Shown here in pieces: positions 8,642 through 17,977 of a stretch of 64,000 bases of DNA. The translations under genes and the position numbers were made by a program. The DNA is taken from the NCBI GenBank assembly GCA_965225855.1, contig CBDDCK010000001.1:64001-128000 (forward strand). Reading direction: 5' to 3'. The notes under the pieces were generated by a model that made no database searches, was not told the origin of the DNA, and was given only the letters and a program-made list of their open reading frames with translations. This stretch comes from Spirochaetia bacterium. Lineage in GTDB: Bacteria; Spirochaetota; Spirochaetia; SP-2023. Position 1 is the stretch's first letter. Each line of letters opens with the position of its first letter.

Positions 8642-9395
8642 GTTCCTCCGAATAGAAAATAAATTCCTTCGCTCGTTCTGTGCTCGGTTGTGTAAAAAAT
8701 TTTTCGGCAGGGCTATCTTCAACGATTTGGCTCTGATCCATAAAAATTATACGGCTGGCAGCTTCACGGGCAAAATGCATTTCGTGAGTGACAACAAGCA
8801 TTGTCGTTTTGTTTTGCGCCAAATCGCGCATAACTTTTAAAACCTCAGCAACTCGTTCGGGGTCTAGAGAAGAAGTTGGTTCATCGAACAGCATCAACTT
8901 AGGTTCCATTACCAAAGCGCGTGCTATGGCCACGCGTTGTTGTTGGCCTCCAGAAAGCTCGCTGGGATAAGAATTTATTTTATCATAGATCTCCACTTCT
9001 TTAAGCCATTGCTCGGTGCAATTGTTGGCTTCATCTTTAGACCTTTTGCGTACATGGCGCTGTGCTAAGTTTAAATTCCCCCGCACTGTAAGGTGTGGGA
9101 ATAAATTAAATTGTTGAAAAACCATGCCAATATCTTGGCGCAGCTTGCGTTGGATACGTTGGCTACAGCCTACCAGCTCTTGCCCTGCAATTTGAATACT
9201 GCCAGAGCTGCAATGTTCCAGTGCATTTAAACAATAGAGCAAGGTAGATTTGCCCGAACCAGAAGAACCAATGATTGCCAGTACTTCGCCTTTTTCTACG
9301 GTAAAATTAATGTTTTCAAGAGCTTGCACCGGTGGGTGGCGATGTGAGTAGAAAGTTTTACATAGTTGCTGAACTTTGAGTAGAGGATTGGGCAT
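8634..9395 (-). CDS. Amino-acid ABC transporter ATP-binding protein (GlnQ family)
   Basis: Walker [36 protein letters not shown] and VTHEM; likely start ATG 9395. Confidence 0.93.
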   Translation of the reverse strand: MPNPLLKVQQLCKTFYSHRHPPVQALENINFTVEKGEVLAIIGSSGSGKSTLLYCLNALEHCSSGSIQIAGQELVGCSQRIQRKLRQDIGMVFQQFNLFPHLTVRGNLNLAQRHVRKRSKDEANNCTEQWLKEVEIYDKINSYPSELSGGQQQRVAIARALVMEPKLMLFDEPTSSLDPERVAEVLKVMRDLAQNKTTMLVVTHEMHFAREAASRIIFMDQSQIVEDSPAEKFFTQPSTERAKEFIFYSEEHV

Positions 9396-9409
9396 AAAAA
9401 GAATCTTTG

Positions 9410-10264
9410 CTACCTTTGTGATATTTTTTGTTCCAATGATTTGACTGCGATGGAAAGCGCAAAGGTCATAGTAAAATAAATGACTGTAACTCCCAGCCAA
9501 GGTTCAAAAGGGAGAAAGGTTTGTTCTTGTATACTTTGGGCACTACGCGATAATTCAAAAACACCAATGGCACTGGCTAGTGCTGAATCTTTAATTAAAC
9601 TAACCCCTTGATTTGCTAAAACGGGCAGAGCATTGCGTATGGCTTGGGGCTGAATCACCAAAAGTTGCGTTTGCAGATGGCTTAGCCCTAAAGCTGTCGC
9701 TGCTCGATTTTGACTCATTTTGATATTTTCAATGGCATTGCGAATAATTTCTCCAGTATAAGCACCTTCAAACAGGCTTAAAACCAGCAAAGCCGTTAGA
9801 AACGAGCTTAGACCAAATAAGGGGGAAAGCATAAAATAGCCTACATATAACTGTACTAACAATGGGGTATTGCGTATCAATAAAATATAGGTTTGGGCGA
9901 ATAACCTAGCACTCGGTACAGAAGAAAGTCGTAGTAAAGCGGTGAGATAGCCAATGATCAGAGTAAGAATTAAAGCTATGGCAGAGAGTTTTAAAGTTTG
10001 CAATAACCCCCAAAAGAAAGGGCCTGGGGCTTCTTTACTCCAAAAGTAACTAGGAATTTGCCGCCACTGAATGCGAATCGGTAGCTGGGCGATTAACACC
10101 ATACCCAATAACAGGAAAATCCCGCTAACGAATAAAAATTCTAGGGTAAAACTCAGAATGGGTTGCTTCCTCTCCCAACTAAGCCATTGCTGGTAAAAGG
10201 AAATTTTATGATGGCTTTTCGTATTCATATTCATAAGCGGGAAGGTTGGAGGAAAATGGCGCAA
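9410..10264 (-). CDS. Amino-acid ABC transporter permease
   Basis: IRNTPLLVQL, GAYTGEIIR and IKDSALAS motifs; start codon uncertain. Confidence 0.9.
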   Translation of the reverse strand: MRHFPPTFPLMNMNTKSHHKISFYQQWLSWERKQPILSFTLEFLFVSGIFLLLGMVLIAQLPIRIQWRQIPSYFWSKEAPGPFFWGLLQTLKLSAIALILTLIIGYLTALLRLSSVPSARLFAQTYILLIRNTPLLVQLYVGYFMLSPLFGLSSFLTALLVLSLFEGAYTGEIIRNAIENIKMSQNRAATALGLSHLQTQLLVIQPQAIRNALPVLANQGVSLIKDSALASAIGVFELSRSAQSIQEQTFLPFEPWLGVTVIYFTMTFALSIAVKSLEQKISQR

Positions 10265-10596
10265 GAATGTTTTTGTACCACAATAGGCTACGAAAGGCTA
10301 TCAATGGAATTTATATGCTTCATTGTATCAAAATGCTACCATTCGATCAAGGAGATTAACTAATTTAAGGCATAAAATTTTTGTGATGTTTGGCTGTAGG
10401 TGATCCGGAACATGATAACTGAACGGGATAAGACGCGATAACTCGGGATTTTTTTGGGGACAAATGGAAGGTAAAAATTGGCTTACTTTCCAAAATAAAA
10501 AGGTAAAAAATTTTTGTTTTTTGGCATATGGGTCATTGTCGGCAGTAATTGGGCAACAATATGCTTTCAAAATATCATGGTAACGGGCCACGGTCT

Positions 10597-10663
10597 CAAA
10601 AAGCTAGTAAGGTTTCTGAAAAAAGCTAGTAAGGTTTTGACTGAAAACCTTACTAGCTTTTTT
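10597..10663. repeat. Long inverted repeat with a duplicated arm
   Basis: AAAAAAGCTAGTAAGGTTTT (10619-10638), GACTG, AAAACCTTACTAGCTTTTTT (10644-10663); the left arm also occurs as a direct copy at about 10597-10615. Confidence 0.85.
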
Positions 10664-10844
10664 GATTGGCAACCTAGGGATTTTCCAACAAACCCGATCA
10701 ACACTGTATAGCCAAAGTTGTTTGCTTGAAGAGCCCCAGCTAAATAAAGAGAAGCCCATATAGCCCAAGCTAAAGTACCCAAACACAAAAAAAGTGCCCC
10801 AAACACAAAAAAAGCACAAAAAAACTTACAAAAAGCCTTATAAA

Positions 10845-10938
10845 GGCCTTGACGCAACACCCCCCCTAGCAAAATGGGGCGCTGTACACTAGCCCGTATG
10901 GGTTGGTTAATCTTTACCCATTTTTGGAGGTATTGCTT
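10845..10938 (+). promoter_or_regulatory. Conserved leader/promoter of surface lipoprotein copy 1
   Basis: TTGACG (10849-10854), C7 tract (10860-10866), hairpin-forming leader and GGAGG RBS; identical to the reverse complement of 54318-54410 except for the C-tract length. Confidence 0.7.
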
Positions 10939-12759
10939 ATGTATAAGCTCAAACTACTTTTATTGCCTGTAGCCTGGCTACTGGCCTTTATGGCCTTTGC
11001 CTGCGCCCCACCCGATGACAACGATGACAATGGTGCGCCGTCTTCTGGGCCGACTATCAATAACGCCATCTACGACTTTGCTACGGCTCTGTTAACCGTA
11101 CAAGGTACTGACTTAAGTCCTACAGAAGCGCAAATCCAAACCATCGTAGTAGATGGTGTAGCCTTAAGTTCCTATACTGCAGATGCTAAACCCACTGGGC
11201 CAGATAGTAGCGGTCTTGCAGAAGGTAAGTACCGTATGAAAAGCGATGGCACAGCGCTTTGGCTTAGACTTACCAATCAACATAAATCTACTCTGAATGG
11301 CAAGGTGGGTAGCAATGGTCTAAAAAAAGGGTTGCTTAGCGTTGGCTCTGGTGCTTGGGCGGGTTTAAATACAGCCAAAGACTTAACCGTTAGGAATATA
11401 CCCGATAAGCAGTCTAAAGTATCCGATGACAATCAGCCATCTAAGCAAACTGAAGAAGCTGAACAAGACGAACAAGCTGAAGAAGTCGAACAAGCTGAAG
11501 ATAAGCAGTCGCCTGAACTACCCGAAGCCGAACAAACCGAAGAAGTCGAACAAACCGAAGAAGTCGAACAAGCTGAAGATAAGCAGTCGCCTAAGCAACC
11601 TAAAGACGAACAAGTCGAACAAGCTGAAGAAGAGTCGCCTGAACTACCCGAAGCTGCAATTACCCGTGCAACCTACAATGTTATTTTAGGCTTGTTAGTG
11701 ATTACAGGTACTAATTTACCAGCAGCAGTTGCAAGATGGGACTTTAGCAAATTGACGCTTGTATCCGGTGATGGTACTAATAGATACACATTACCCCGGC
11801 CAGAAAAAGAAGCCGTAGGTTTTGAAAGTAGAAACAGAGCCATAGGTTCTAATGCAAGTACAACAGGCTTACAGATTACTTTAATTGGTAGTGTAAAAGC
11901 GGAAGCCGAGAAGATACTGGTTAACGATGGTGTTCGTGATGCTAATGGTGCATACAACCTGGAAGCAGCAGCAGGATTTGCAGGTGGTAGCGCTGAAGAC
12001 ACAACCAACTCGATTACCGTTAGCGGGTATACAGCCAGCATCACCGAAGTAGACTACAATGCTAATACAGGCGAGTTATCTATTAGAGGTATCAAGTTAC
12101 CGAGAGCAGTTGCAGACTGGGACTTTAGCAAATTGACGCTTGTATCCGGTGATGGTAGTAAGAGATACCCATTACCCCGGCACGAAACTGCAGGTGAAAA
12201 CACAGCCACAGGTTCTCGTGCAGGTACAACCTACTTAAGTATTACTTTAAGCGGTAGTGTAAAAGCGGAAGCCGAGAAGATACTGGTTAAGGAAGGTGTT
12301 CGTGATGCTAATGGTGCATACAACCTGGAAGCAGCAGCAGAATTTTTACCTGGTAGCGCAGAAGACCTAACCAACCCGATTACCGTTAGCGGGTATACAG
12401 CCAGCATCAGCTCCGTAACCTACGATGCTTATTTAGGCGAGTTAACTATTAGAGGTATCAGGTTACCGAGAGCAGTTACAGACTGGGACTTTAGCAAATT
12501 GACGATTGTATCCGGTGATGGTAGTAAGAGATACCCATTACCCCGGCACTCAACTGCAGGTGCAAACAGAGCCACAGGTTCTCGTGCAGATGCAACAAGA
12601 TTAACGATTACTTTAAGCGGTAATGTAAAAGCCAAAGTCAATGTTATACTGGTTAAGATTGGTAAAAGTGATAATGCTGGTGCATATAACCTGGAAGCAG
12701 CAGCAGAATTTGTATCTGGTAGTCCAGAAGACCTAACCACTAGTATTAATGTTATATAA
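10939..12759 (+). CDS. Modular repeat surface lipoprotein, copy 1 (domain A, acidic linker, three B domains)
   Basis: ATG 10939 after GGAGG; lipobox FMAFAC; domain A about 11050-11403; E/Q-rich linker 11404-11655; about 122-aa B repeats at about 11656, 12031 and 12397 with the WDFSKLTLVSGDG core; paralog of 52626-54317. Confidence 0.85.
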   Translation: MYKLKLLLLPVAWLLAFMAFACAPPDDNDDNGAPSSGPTINNAIYDFATALLTVQGTDLSPTEAQIQTIVVDGVALSSYTADAKPTGPDSSGLAEGKYRMKSDGTALWLRLTNQHKSTLNGKVGSNGLKKGLLSVGSGAWAGLNTAKDLTVRNIPDKQSKVSDDNQPSKQTEEAEQDEQAEEVEQAEDKQSPELPEAEQTEEVEQTEEVEQAEDKQSPKQPKDEQVEQAEEESPELPEAAITRATYNVILGLLVITGTNLPAAVARWDFSKLTLVSGDGTNRYTLPRPEKEAVGFESRNRAIGSNASTTGLQITLIGSVKAEAEKILVNDGVRDANGAYNLEAAAGFAGGSAEDTTNSITVSGYTASITEVDYNANTGELSIRGIKLPRAVADWDFSKLTLVSGDGSKRYPLPRHETAGENTATGSRAGTTYLSITLSGSVKAEAEKILVKEGVRDANGAYNLEAAAEFLPGSAEDLTNPITVSGYTASISSVTYDAYLGELTIRGIRLPRAVTDWDFSKLTIVSGDGSKRYPLPRHSTAGANRATGSRADATRLTITLSGNVKAKVNVILVKIGKSDNAGAYNLEAAAEFVSGSPEDLTTSINVI

Positions 12760-12824
12760 GGTAGGGTTTGGTTTAACTGCGCTTGCATTGGCCTATTGTT
12801 AGCCCTTAGAGAATATGCTTAGTG

Positions 12825-12869
12825 GGCAAGCAAGGTTTGGGCTTTAGGCCAAGCTTTGCTTGCCTTTTT
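12825..12869 (+). terminator. Intrinsic terminator of lipoprotein copy 1
   Basis: GGCAAGCAAGGTTTGG ... CCAAGCTTTGCTTGCC followed by TTTTT. Confidence 0.75.
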
Positions 12870-13008
12870 GGGGTTTTGAACGTTTTTGCCCTACTTCATG
12901 TCTCGTATCAGATTGCCCCTATCTGTCCTGGTAAGATAAGAACTTTCATTTGTAGTATCTGTTTCCCCCTCTTTAACACAGAGGGGATTTTCATGTTTAT
13001 GATAACTG

Positions 13009-14367
13009 TCATTTTTTCATTAGGTTACTTTGTTGGGCATACCATGCTGCCCCACATGCAGCTTCTTCTGGCACATCTGAAATAATCAGTCTGGACTCAA
13101 AAACTTTTTCAATCATCTGAACAACAATCGGATTCCGGCGGATTGCATTGCCGGAACCAACAATATGCGAATAAATTTTATCTGTACCCGACAAACCGCT
13201 AGCCTGCCATAGAGTGTATAATTCTTGTACCATGGCTTCTATAAAACCATAGAGAAAAGGAACAACTCGGAAATTCTCCGCTCCAATATTGAGAATCGCT
13301 CCCCTTATACTCGGTTGTTCTCGAGTTCCATAAAAATATGGCTCAACTTTAAGCCGGTGCTCTGGCAACTCTTCTATTTTATTCCATTGGCAAGTTTGTT
13401 CATAAATTATCTGATAGATTTCTTTTTTGTGTACTTTATGGCCAAAAAATGCCAAAACTTCCTTAAAAAATTCTGCCAAAAGATCCAAAGATTTTCCACC
13501 AGAAAGTGTCGCACCTACAGCCAATTGGCCAGAAGGATAAGGTCGAAGCTCCATACCTTGTAAACTTTTTCTCGGTGGTTCTAAATTTTCCAACAAAAAA
13601 GAAATCTGCCCACTGGTTCCCAAATTCAACAATAAATTCGCATTTTGTTGATGTTGCATCGCACCATAAAAACTAGCTTGATTATCCCCTAAAGATTGAA
13701 ACACAGGAATATCTTCTTGGTCCGTCCCCACTTGATGGTGAAAGGGCACCAGCCGAGGCAAAAAGTCGCTACTATGCCACAGTTTTTTAATATCCTTAAA
13801 AAGGAATACTCGATTTTTTACGTCATATAGACCAAAACTAGCCGCTTCGCTTGGGTCTATACAAACTTGCGAACTGCAACAGAGCTTCATCGTTAAGTAG
13901 CCACCAATGGAGACGATACGACAGGCACTTTCTGGAACTAACTTTTTATAATAGTTGTAGTAATGAGTGGCTAACGCATAACCGGGAAAAATATTATGAC
14001 CCGTCTTTTCCTGTATCAAATGTTGCACTGTAACAGAGCTATCTTGCTCCAAAGGTATTGCAGCTCGGCTATCTTGCCAAGTAAATAACGGGCTACAGGC
14101 GTTGCCCTCTCTGGTAACATACAGAAAGCCGTGCATCTGGCCACTAATTCCAATAGATATAATTGGCTCATTTATTTGTTGTTTTAGTTGGTCAATAACT
14201 CTAAAAGCAGTTTCTAAAATTATGTTGGGGTCTTGCAAATGTTCCCAAGAATGAATGCTAGGTAATATTGCTTTACTATTTTCAGAAAGTACTTTTACCA
14301 ATTTATCATCAAAAAGCAACACGCCAGCAATTTTGGTTGTGCCAATATCTATACCCAACAAATACAT
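13009..14367 (-). CDS. FGGY-family carbohydrate kinase (sedoheptulokinase-like)
   Basis: GIDIGTTKI, ISGQMHG, TWQDSR, LGDNQASF, NLGTSGQIS and EEAACGAA motifs. Confidence 0.85.
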   Translation of the reverse strand: MYLLGIDIGTTKIAGVLLFDDKLVKVLSENSKAILPSIHSWEHLQDPNIILETAFRVIDQLKQQINEPIISIGISGQMHGFLYVTREGNACSPLFTWQDSRAAIPLEQDSSVTVQHLIQEKTGHNIFPGYALATHYYNYYKKLVPESACRIVSIGGYLTMKLCCSSQVCIDPSEAASFGLYDVKNRVFLFKDIKKLWHSSDFLPRLVPFHHQVGTDQEDIPVFQSLGDNQASFYGAMQHQQNANLLLNLGTSGQISFLLENLEPPRKSLQGMELRPYPSGQLAVGATLSGGKSLDLLAEFFKEVLAFFGHKVHKKEIYQIIYEQTCQWNKIEELPEHRLKVEPYFYGTREQPSIRGAILNIGAENFRVVPFLYGFIEAMVQELYTLWQASGLSGTDKIYSHIVGSGNAIRRNPIVVQMIEKVFESRLIISDVPEEAACGAAWYAQQSNLMKK

Positions 14368-14455
14368 TCGTCAACTGCTCCTAGGTAATCATTACGGTAA
14401 ATCGGACAAACCCCAAAATTCATAATTTCATGGCAACATAATCCATAAAATTATG

Positions 14456-15118
14456 TTATACAAAGTGGCCTAATTTATGGTAGTCTTCAACGATAGGAAA
14501 TAGAATATCTTCATCTTCTTCAATTACAGGAAAACGTCTGGTTTTATTGTCGCAAAACACATTGTCGGCATTATCGTCATTGACGGTACTAACTTCGCCT
14601 ATCAATGCCACATGCTCTAACGGCCCAAATTTATGGGTATACAATGGCGGTAATGTCAAACTTTGACCACTGTGTAAAAGAAGCTGTTCTTTGCTTTTCA
14701 ATGTACGCTCTATACTGTCGACTGCTATAGTTACGGGCATATCTGGTTGTTTCTCATGATAAATTTGAAAAACTATATCATGCCTGCCACGATTAATAAT
14801 ATCTTCTGTTTTCTGAATATGATGATGGTACGGACATACTTGGCCAGGCTGCATTACAATAATTTTTTCACAATAGGCTCTTGGGGTATTTTGTATTCCA
14901 TTACGTATAGTAAACAAAACCAGACCATCTGTAGCAAAATTGTGGCCGCTGTCAGTAACATCCCAACCTAAGCAGCGCGCAAATATCTCCCGGCAATATT
15001 CACTATTATTACGCCAGTCTTGCCAAGACCATTTAGCCCATTCCGGCAGGTAAAATTGAGAACAATCTAAAAATTTAATGGTTTCCGTTAAAATACGATT
15101 AATCTCGCTGCGTTTCAT
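14456..15118 (-). CDS. D-lyxose/D-mannose family sugar isomerase (cupin)
   Basis: MKRSEIN start, LGWDVTD, LFTIRNG, YCEKI, PYHHH..KTEDIINRG and GEVSTVNDDNADN. Confidence 0.88.
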   Translation of the reverse strand: MKRSEINRILTETIKFLDCSQFYLPEWAKWSWQDWRNNSEYCREIFARCLGWDVTDSGHNFATDGLVLFTIRNGIQNTPRAYCEKIIVMQPGQVCPYHHHIQKTEDIINRGRHDIVFQIYHEKQPDMPVTIAVDSIERTLKSKEQLLLHSGQSLTLPPLYTHKFGPLEHVALIGEVSTVNDDNADNVFCDNKTRRFPVIEEDEDILFPIVEDYHKLGHFV

Positions 15119-15129
15119 TTTTATACAAA

Positions 15130-15310
15130 GCTCCTGATTTTTGATAAAATTTTGTAATACCTCCGATGGTTCTGCACTCGCCGGTATTGATTATATTCTG
15201 TAAACTAAGCTGAGCTGCAGCATGCCCTAACTGCAATGTAGCAAAAAGAATTATATTCTTGATGAACTCCATATAAAAAAGCCACAGTAAAAAGCATCTC
15301 CCAAAAGCGG
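15130..15310 (-). pseudogene. Remnant of the C-terminus of a PfkB-family sugar kinase
   Basis: With small frameshifts in T-runs it reads GDAFYCGFLYGVHQEYNS..TLQLGHAAAQLSLQ, resembling the PfkB GAGDAF..GFLYG...A..AA signature; no intact ORF. Confidence 0.55.
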
Positions 15311-15424
15311 ACTCTAAAAGAAGGGCAACATCTTGAATCAGACTCTGATTTTTCCAAAAATATCAAGAAAATGCACTTTTACAAAGGCTACAATAACAGG
15401 CGATTGGAAAGATTTCCAAGATTT

Positions 15425-16369
15425 TTAAGCGACCCCCTTGTTTCGTAGTTTATCGACAATAACCGCAATCACAATAACGAAACCTTTTACTACAGATTGC
15501 CAAAAATCAGATACCTGCATCAAAGTTAGACCATTGTCCAAAACGCCAATAATTAGAGCTCCCACTAGAGTCCCGCCAATACCGCCAATACCGCCAACAA
15601 AACTCGTGCCTCCAAGAATTACCGCAGCAATAGCATCTAATTCTGCTCCATTACCTAAAAAGCCATTAGCACTGTATAAACGACTAGAAATCATAACTCC
15701 TGCAAGTCCGGCACAAAGCCCACTAATCATATATACAATAACTAATACTTTTTTTACTGGAATGCCAGTCAAGCGGGCGGCTTCTATATTGCCGCCAATA
15801 GAATACACCCATATACCAAAAACAGTTTTTCGCAGGATAAACCAAAAAGCAACGACTAATAGCAATGAAATAATAATCAGCCAGGAAACCCCCAATATTT
15901 TAGAATTAGCAATCCAAGCAAAATTTAAGTTGTTATTGATTACCGTTGTTCCGTTGGCTAACAAAAATGCAGCTCCTCTATAAGAAGTCAAACCACCAAG
16001 AGTCACAATAAAGGGAGATAACTTAACATATGCGATTAATATTCCAACTATAACACCAATTACCCCGCCAAGACCAATCGCAACTAAGGGAGCTAACGGG
16101 GTTACCGTGGATGTCAACATGGCCATAACCGCAGTCATGGCCATTAAAGACCCTACAGATAAGTCAATCCCTCCGGTTAAAATTACAATTGTCATTCCAC
16201 TGGCAAGAACAATATTAATGGCTGTCTGGATAAATACATTTTCAATATTATTCACAAACAGAAAATTTTCATTCATAAGGCTGAATAATAATGAGATTAA
16301 CAATAAAACCGGAAACATTCCCATTTTTTTTAGGACACCCACAATATTATCTTGATTCATTATTTTCAT
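15425..16369 (-). CDS. Sugar ABC transporter permease (RbsC family)
   Basis: GMTIVILTGGIDLSVGS, PFIVTLG, GGNIEAARLTGI and ELDAIAAVILGGTS. Confidence 0.93.
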   Translation of the reverse strand: MKIMNQDNIVGVLKKMGMFPVLLLISLLFSLMNENFLFVNNIENVFIQTAINIVLASGMTIVILTGGIDLSVGSLMAMTAVMAMLTSTVTPLAPLVAIGLGGVIGVIVGILIAYVKLSPFIVTLGGLTSYRGAAFLLANGTTVINNNLNFAWIANSKILGVSWLIIISLLLVVAFWFILRKTVFGIWVYSIGGNIEAARLTGIPVKKVLVIVYMISGLCAGLAGVMISSRLYSANGFLGNGAELDAIAAVILGGTSFVGGIGGIGGTLVGALIIGVLDNGLTLMQVSDFWQSVVKGFVIVIAVIVDKLRNKGVA

Positions 16370-17876
16370 AACTTGATCCTTGGTTACCAGTAGTACACAA
16401 ATGCATTATATATTCCTGCTTGAAATTCTCTTTCTTATTAATATCCCCAACTATTTGTCCTTCCCGCATTACTAATATCCTCTCTGAAAGATGTAATATT
16501 TCTGGCAATTCACTAGAAATAAAGATAACCAGAGTATTAACTTGAACAATTTTCCGAATCATTTTATAGATTTCTTGCTTTGCCCCTACATCTATCCCTC
16601 TGGTTGGTTCATCTAATATGAGAATATCCGGCTTTATATTCAGCCATCTGGAAAACAATATTTTTTGTTGATTCCCACCAGAAAGATCGCGCGGGTTTTT
16701 TTCTAAAGTGGTTCTAATGTTTAAATCACTTATATTTCTTTTTGCCATTGCCGTATTCTTAACTTGATTCAAAAAAAGTCTCATATAAGAATGAGCTACT
16801 TGCTTATTTTGAACTAAATTTTCCACCGTAGTCATATCTAAAAATAAGCCCTGTATTTTTCGGTCTTCAGGTACCATACCGATTTTATATCCCATGGCAT
16901 CAATCGGTGAAGAAATTTGTAAAAGATTTCCATCAAGACATATTTTTCCGCTTTTCTTTTTATCTGCGCCAAAAATTAATCTGGCCAGCTCGCTCCTTCC
17001 GGCACCAACTAAACCAAATAAACCAATTAACATTCCCGATGATAATTTTAAATTAACATTCTGAATAAAACCTTTTGCATCACATAGATTTTCTAACTCT
17101 AAAGTAAATTTCTTACCTTGGGAGAATGATTGATTTTTAGCATCTTCATAAAATGAAGATAAACTCCGCCCAACCATCATATTAATAATATGATTGACAT
17201 CGGTTACACCGGCCTCACCGATGTATTCCCCATCTCGCAGCACCGCAACTCTGTTTGCAATTTGCTGAATTTCGTCCATCTTATGGCTAATGTATATAAT
17301 GGTTATCCCATGTTCCCGTAACTTCCTAATGAGTCGGAACAAGTTTTCAACCTCCTTATTGCTAAGAGAGGCAGTGGGTTCGTCCATTATAATGAGACTG
17401 CTATTGTGAGAAATGATTCGTGCAATTTCTACTAATTGTTGTTGAGCGACACTCAGCTCGCCAGCGATTTCGTAAGAAGAAAAATTGGCATTTAGATTTT
17501 CTAGTAATTGATCTGCGACCTCATACATTTTCTTCCTATTTAAAATCCCCAAATAACTTCGTTCCTGCCCCATAAAAATGTTTTCCATAACGCTGATATT
17601 AGGCGCAATGCTTAATTCTTGATAGACGAGCGAAACACCAACAGCTTTAGCATAAGCCAAATGAAACATTTCATACGGCTTACCTTTAAAAATCACCTGC
17701 CCTGCATCCGGTGGATAAAGCCCAGCAACAACCTTCATCAAGGTACTCTTGCCAGCCCCATTTTCACCGGACAAGGCAAGCACTTCCCCTTTGTAAACAT
17801 CAAAAGAAACATTGTTTAAAACCCGAACTTTACCAAAACTTTTGGATATATTGCGAATACTTAACAACTTTTCCAC
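16347..17876 (-). CDS. Sugar ABC transporter ATP-binding protein (RbsA family)
   Basis: Two ABC domains: GENGAGKSTL, MDEPTASL, LSGGNQQK and LDEPTRGIDVGAK. Confidence 0.95.
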   Translation of the reverse strand: MEKLLSIRNISKSFGKVRVLNNVSFDVYKGEVLALSGENGAGKSTLMKVVAGLYPPDAGQVIFKGKPYEMFHLAYAKAVGVSLVYQELSIAPNISVMENIFMGQERSYLGILNRKKMYEVADQLLENLNANFSSYEIAGELSVAQQQLVEIARIISHNSSLIIMDEPTASLSNKEVENLFRLIRKLREHGITIIYISHKMDEIQQIANRVAVLRDGEYIGEAGVTDVNHIINMMVGRSLSSFYEDAKNQSFSQGKKFTLELENLCDAKGFIQNVNLKLSSGMLIGLFGLVGAGRSELARLIFGADKKKSGKICLDGNLLQISSPIDAMGYKIGMVPEDRKIQGLFLDMTTVENLVQNKQVAHSYMRLFLNQVKNTAMAKRNISDLNIRTTLEKNPRDLSGGNQQKILFSRWLNIKPDILILDEPTRGIDVGAKQEIYKMIRKIVQVNTLVIFISSELPEILHLSERILVMREGQIVGDINKKENFKQEYIMHLCTTGNQGSSYENNESR

Positions 17877-17925
17877 ATGGCTATCCTCCTTCTTTTCACA
17901 AACAGAACCGACAAAAACAAAAGTA

Positions 17926-17944
17926 GGGCGAAATATTTTCGCCC
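17926..17944. terminator. Intergenic stem-loop between the sugar SBP and ATPase genes
   Basis: GGGCGAAA-TAT-TTTCGCCC; the position is typical of elements that stabilise SBP mRNA or attenuate read-through. Confidence 0.5.
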
Positions 17945-17977
17945 GCCCTTATGAAATTAAGTTATTCTCAAACTATT

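Noticed and set aside
10328..10872. Short ORFs (10328-10591, 10514-10711, 10567-10872, 10604-10819) or a riboswitch ahead of the amino-acid ABC operon
   Set aside because: They run through inverted repeats and A-tracts with no protein motif or RBS; no riboswitch consensus recognised
10903..10938. ORF-track N-terminal extension MVNLYPFLEVLL on both lipoproteins
   Set aside because: It overlaps the GGAGG RBS; the ATGs at 10939 and 54317 give proper signal peptides
11656..12756. Diversity-generating retroelement target
   Set aside because: Some variable codons fit AAY to NNY, but others change non-adenine and third positions; no reverse transcriptase or template repeat is seen in the window
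14368..14455. Class II aldolase C-terminal remnant between the isomerase and the kinase
   Set aside because: The resemblance covers only a few residues and is too weak to support
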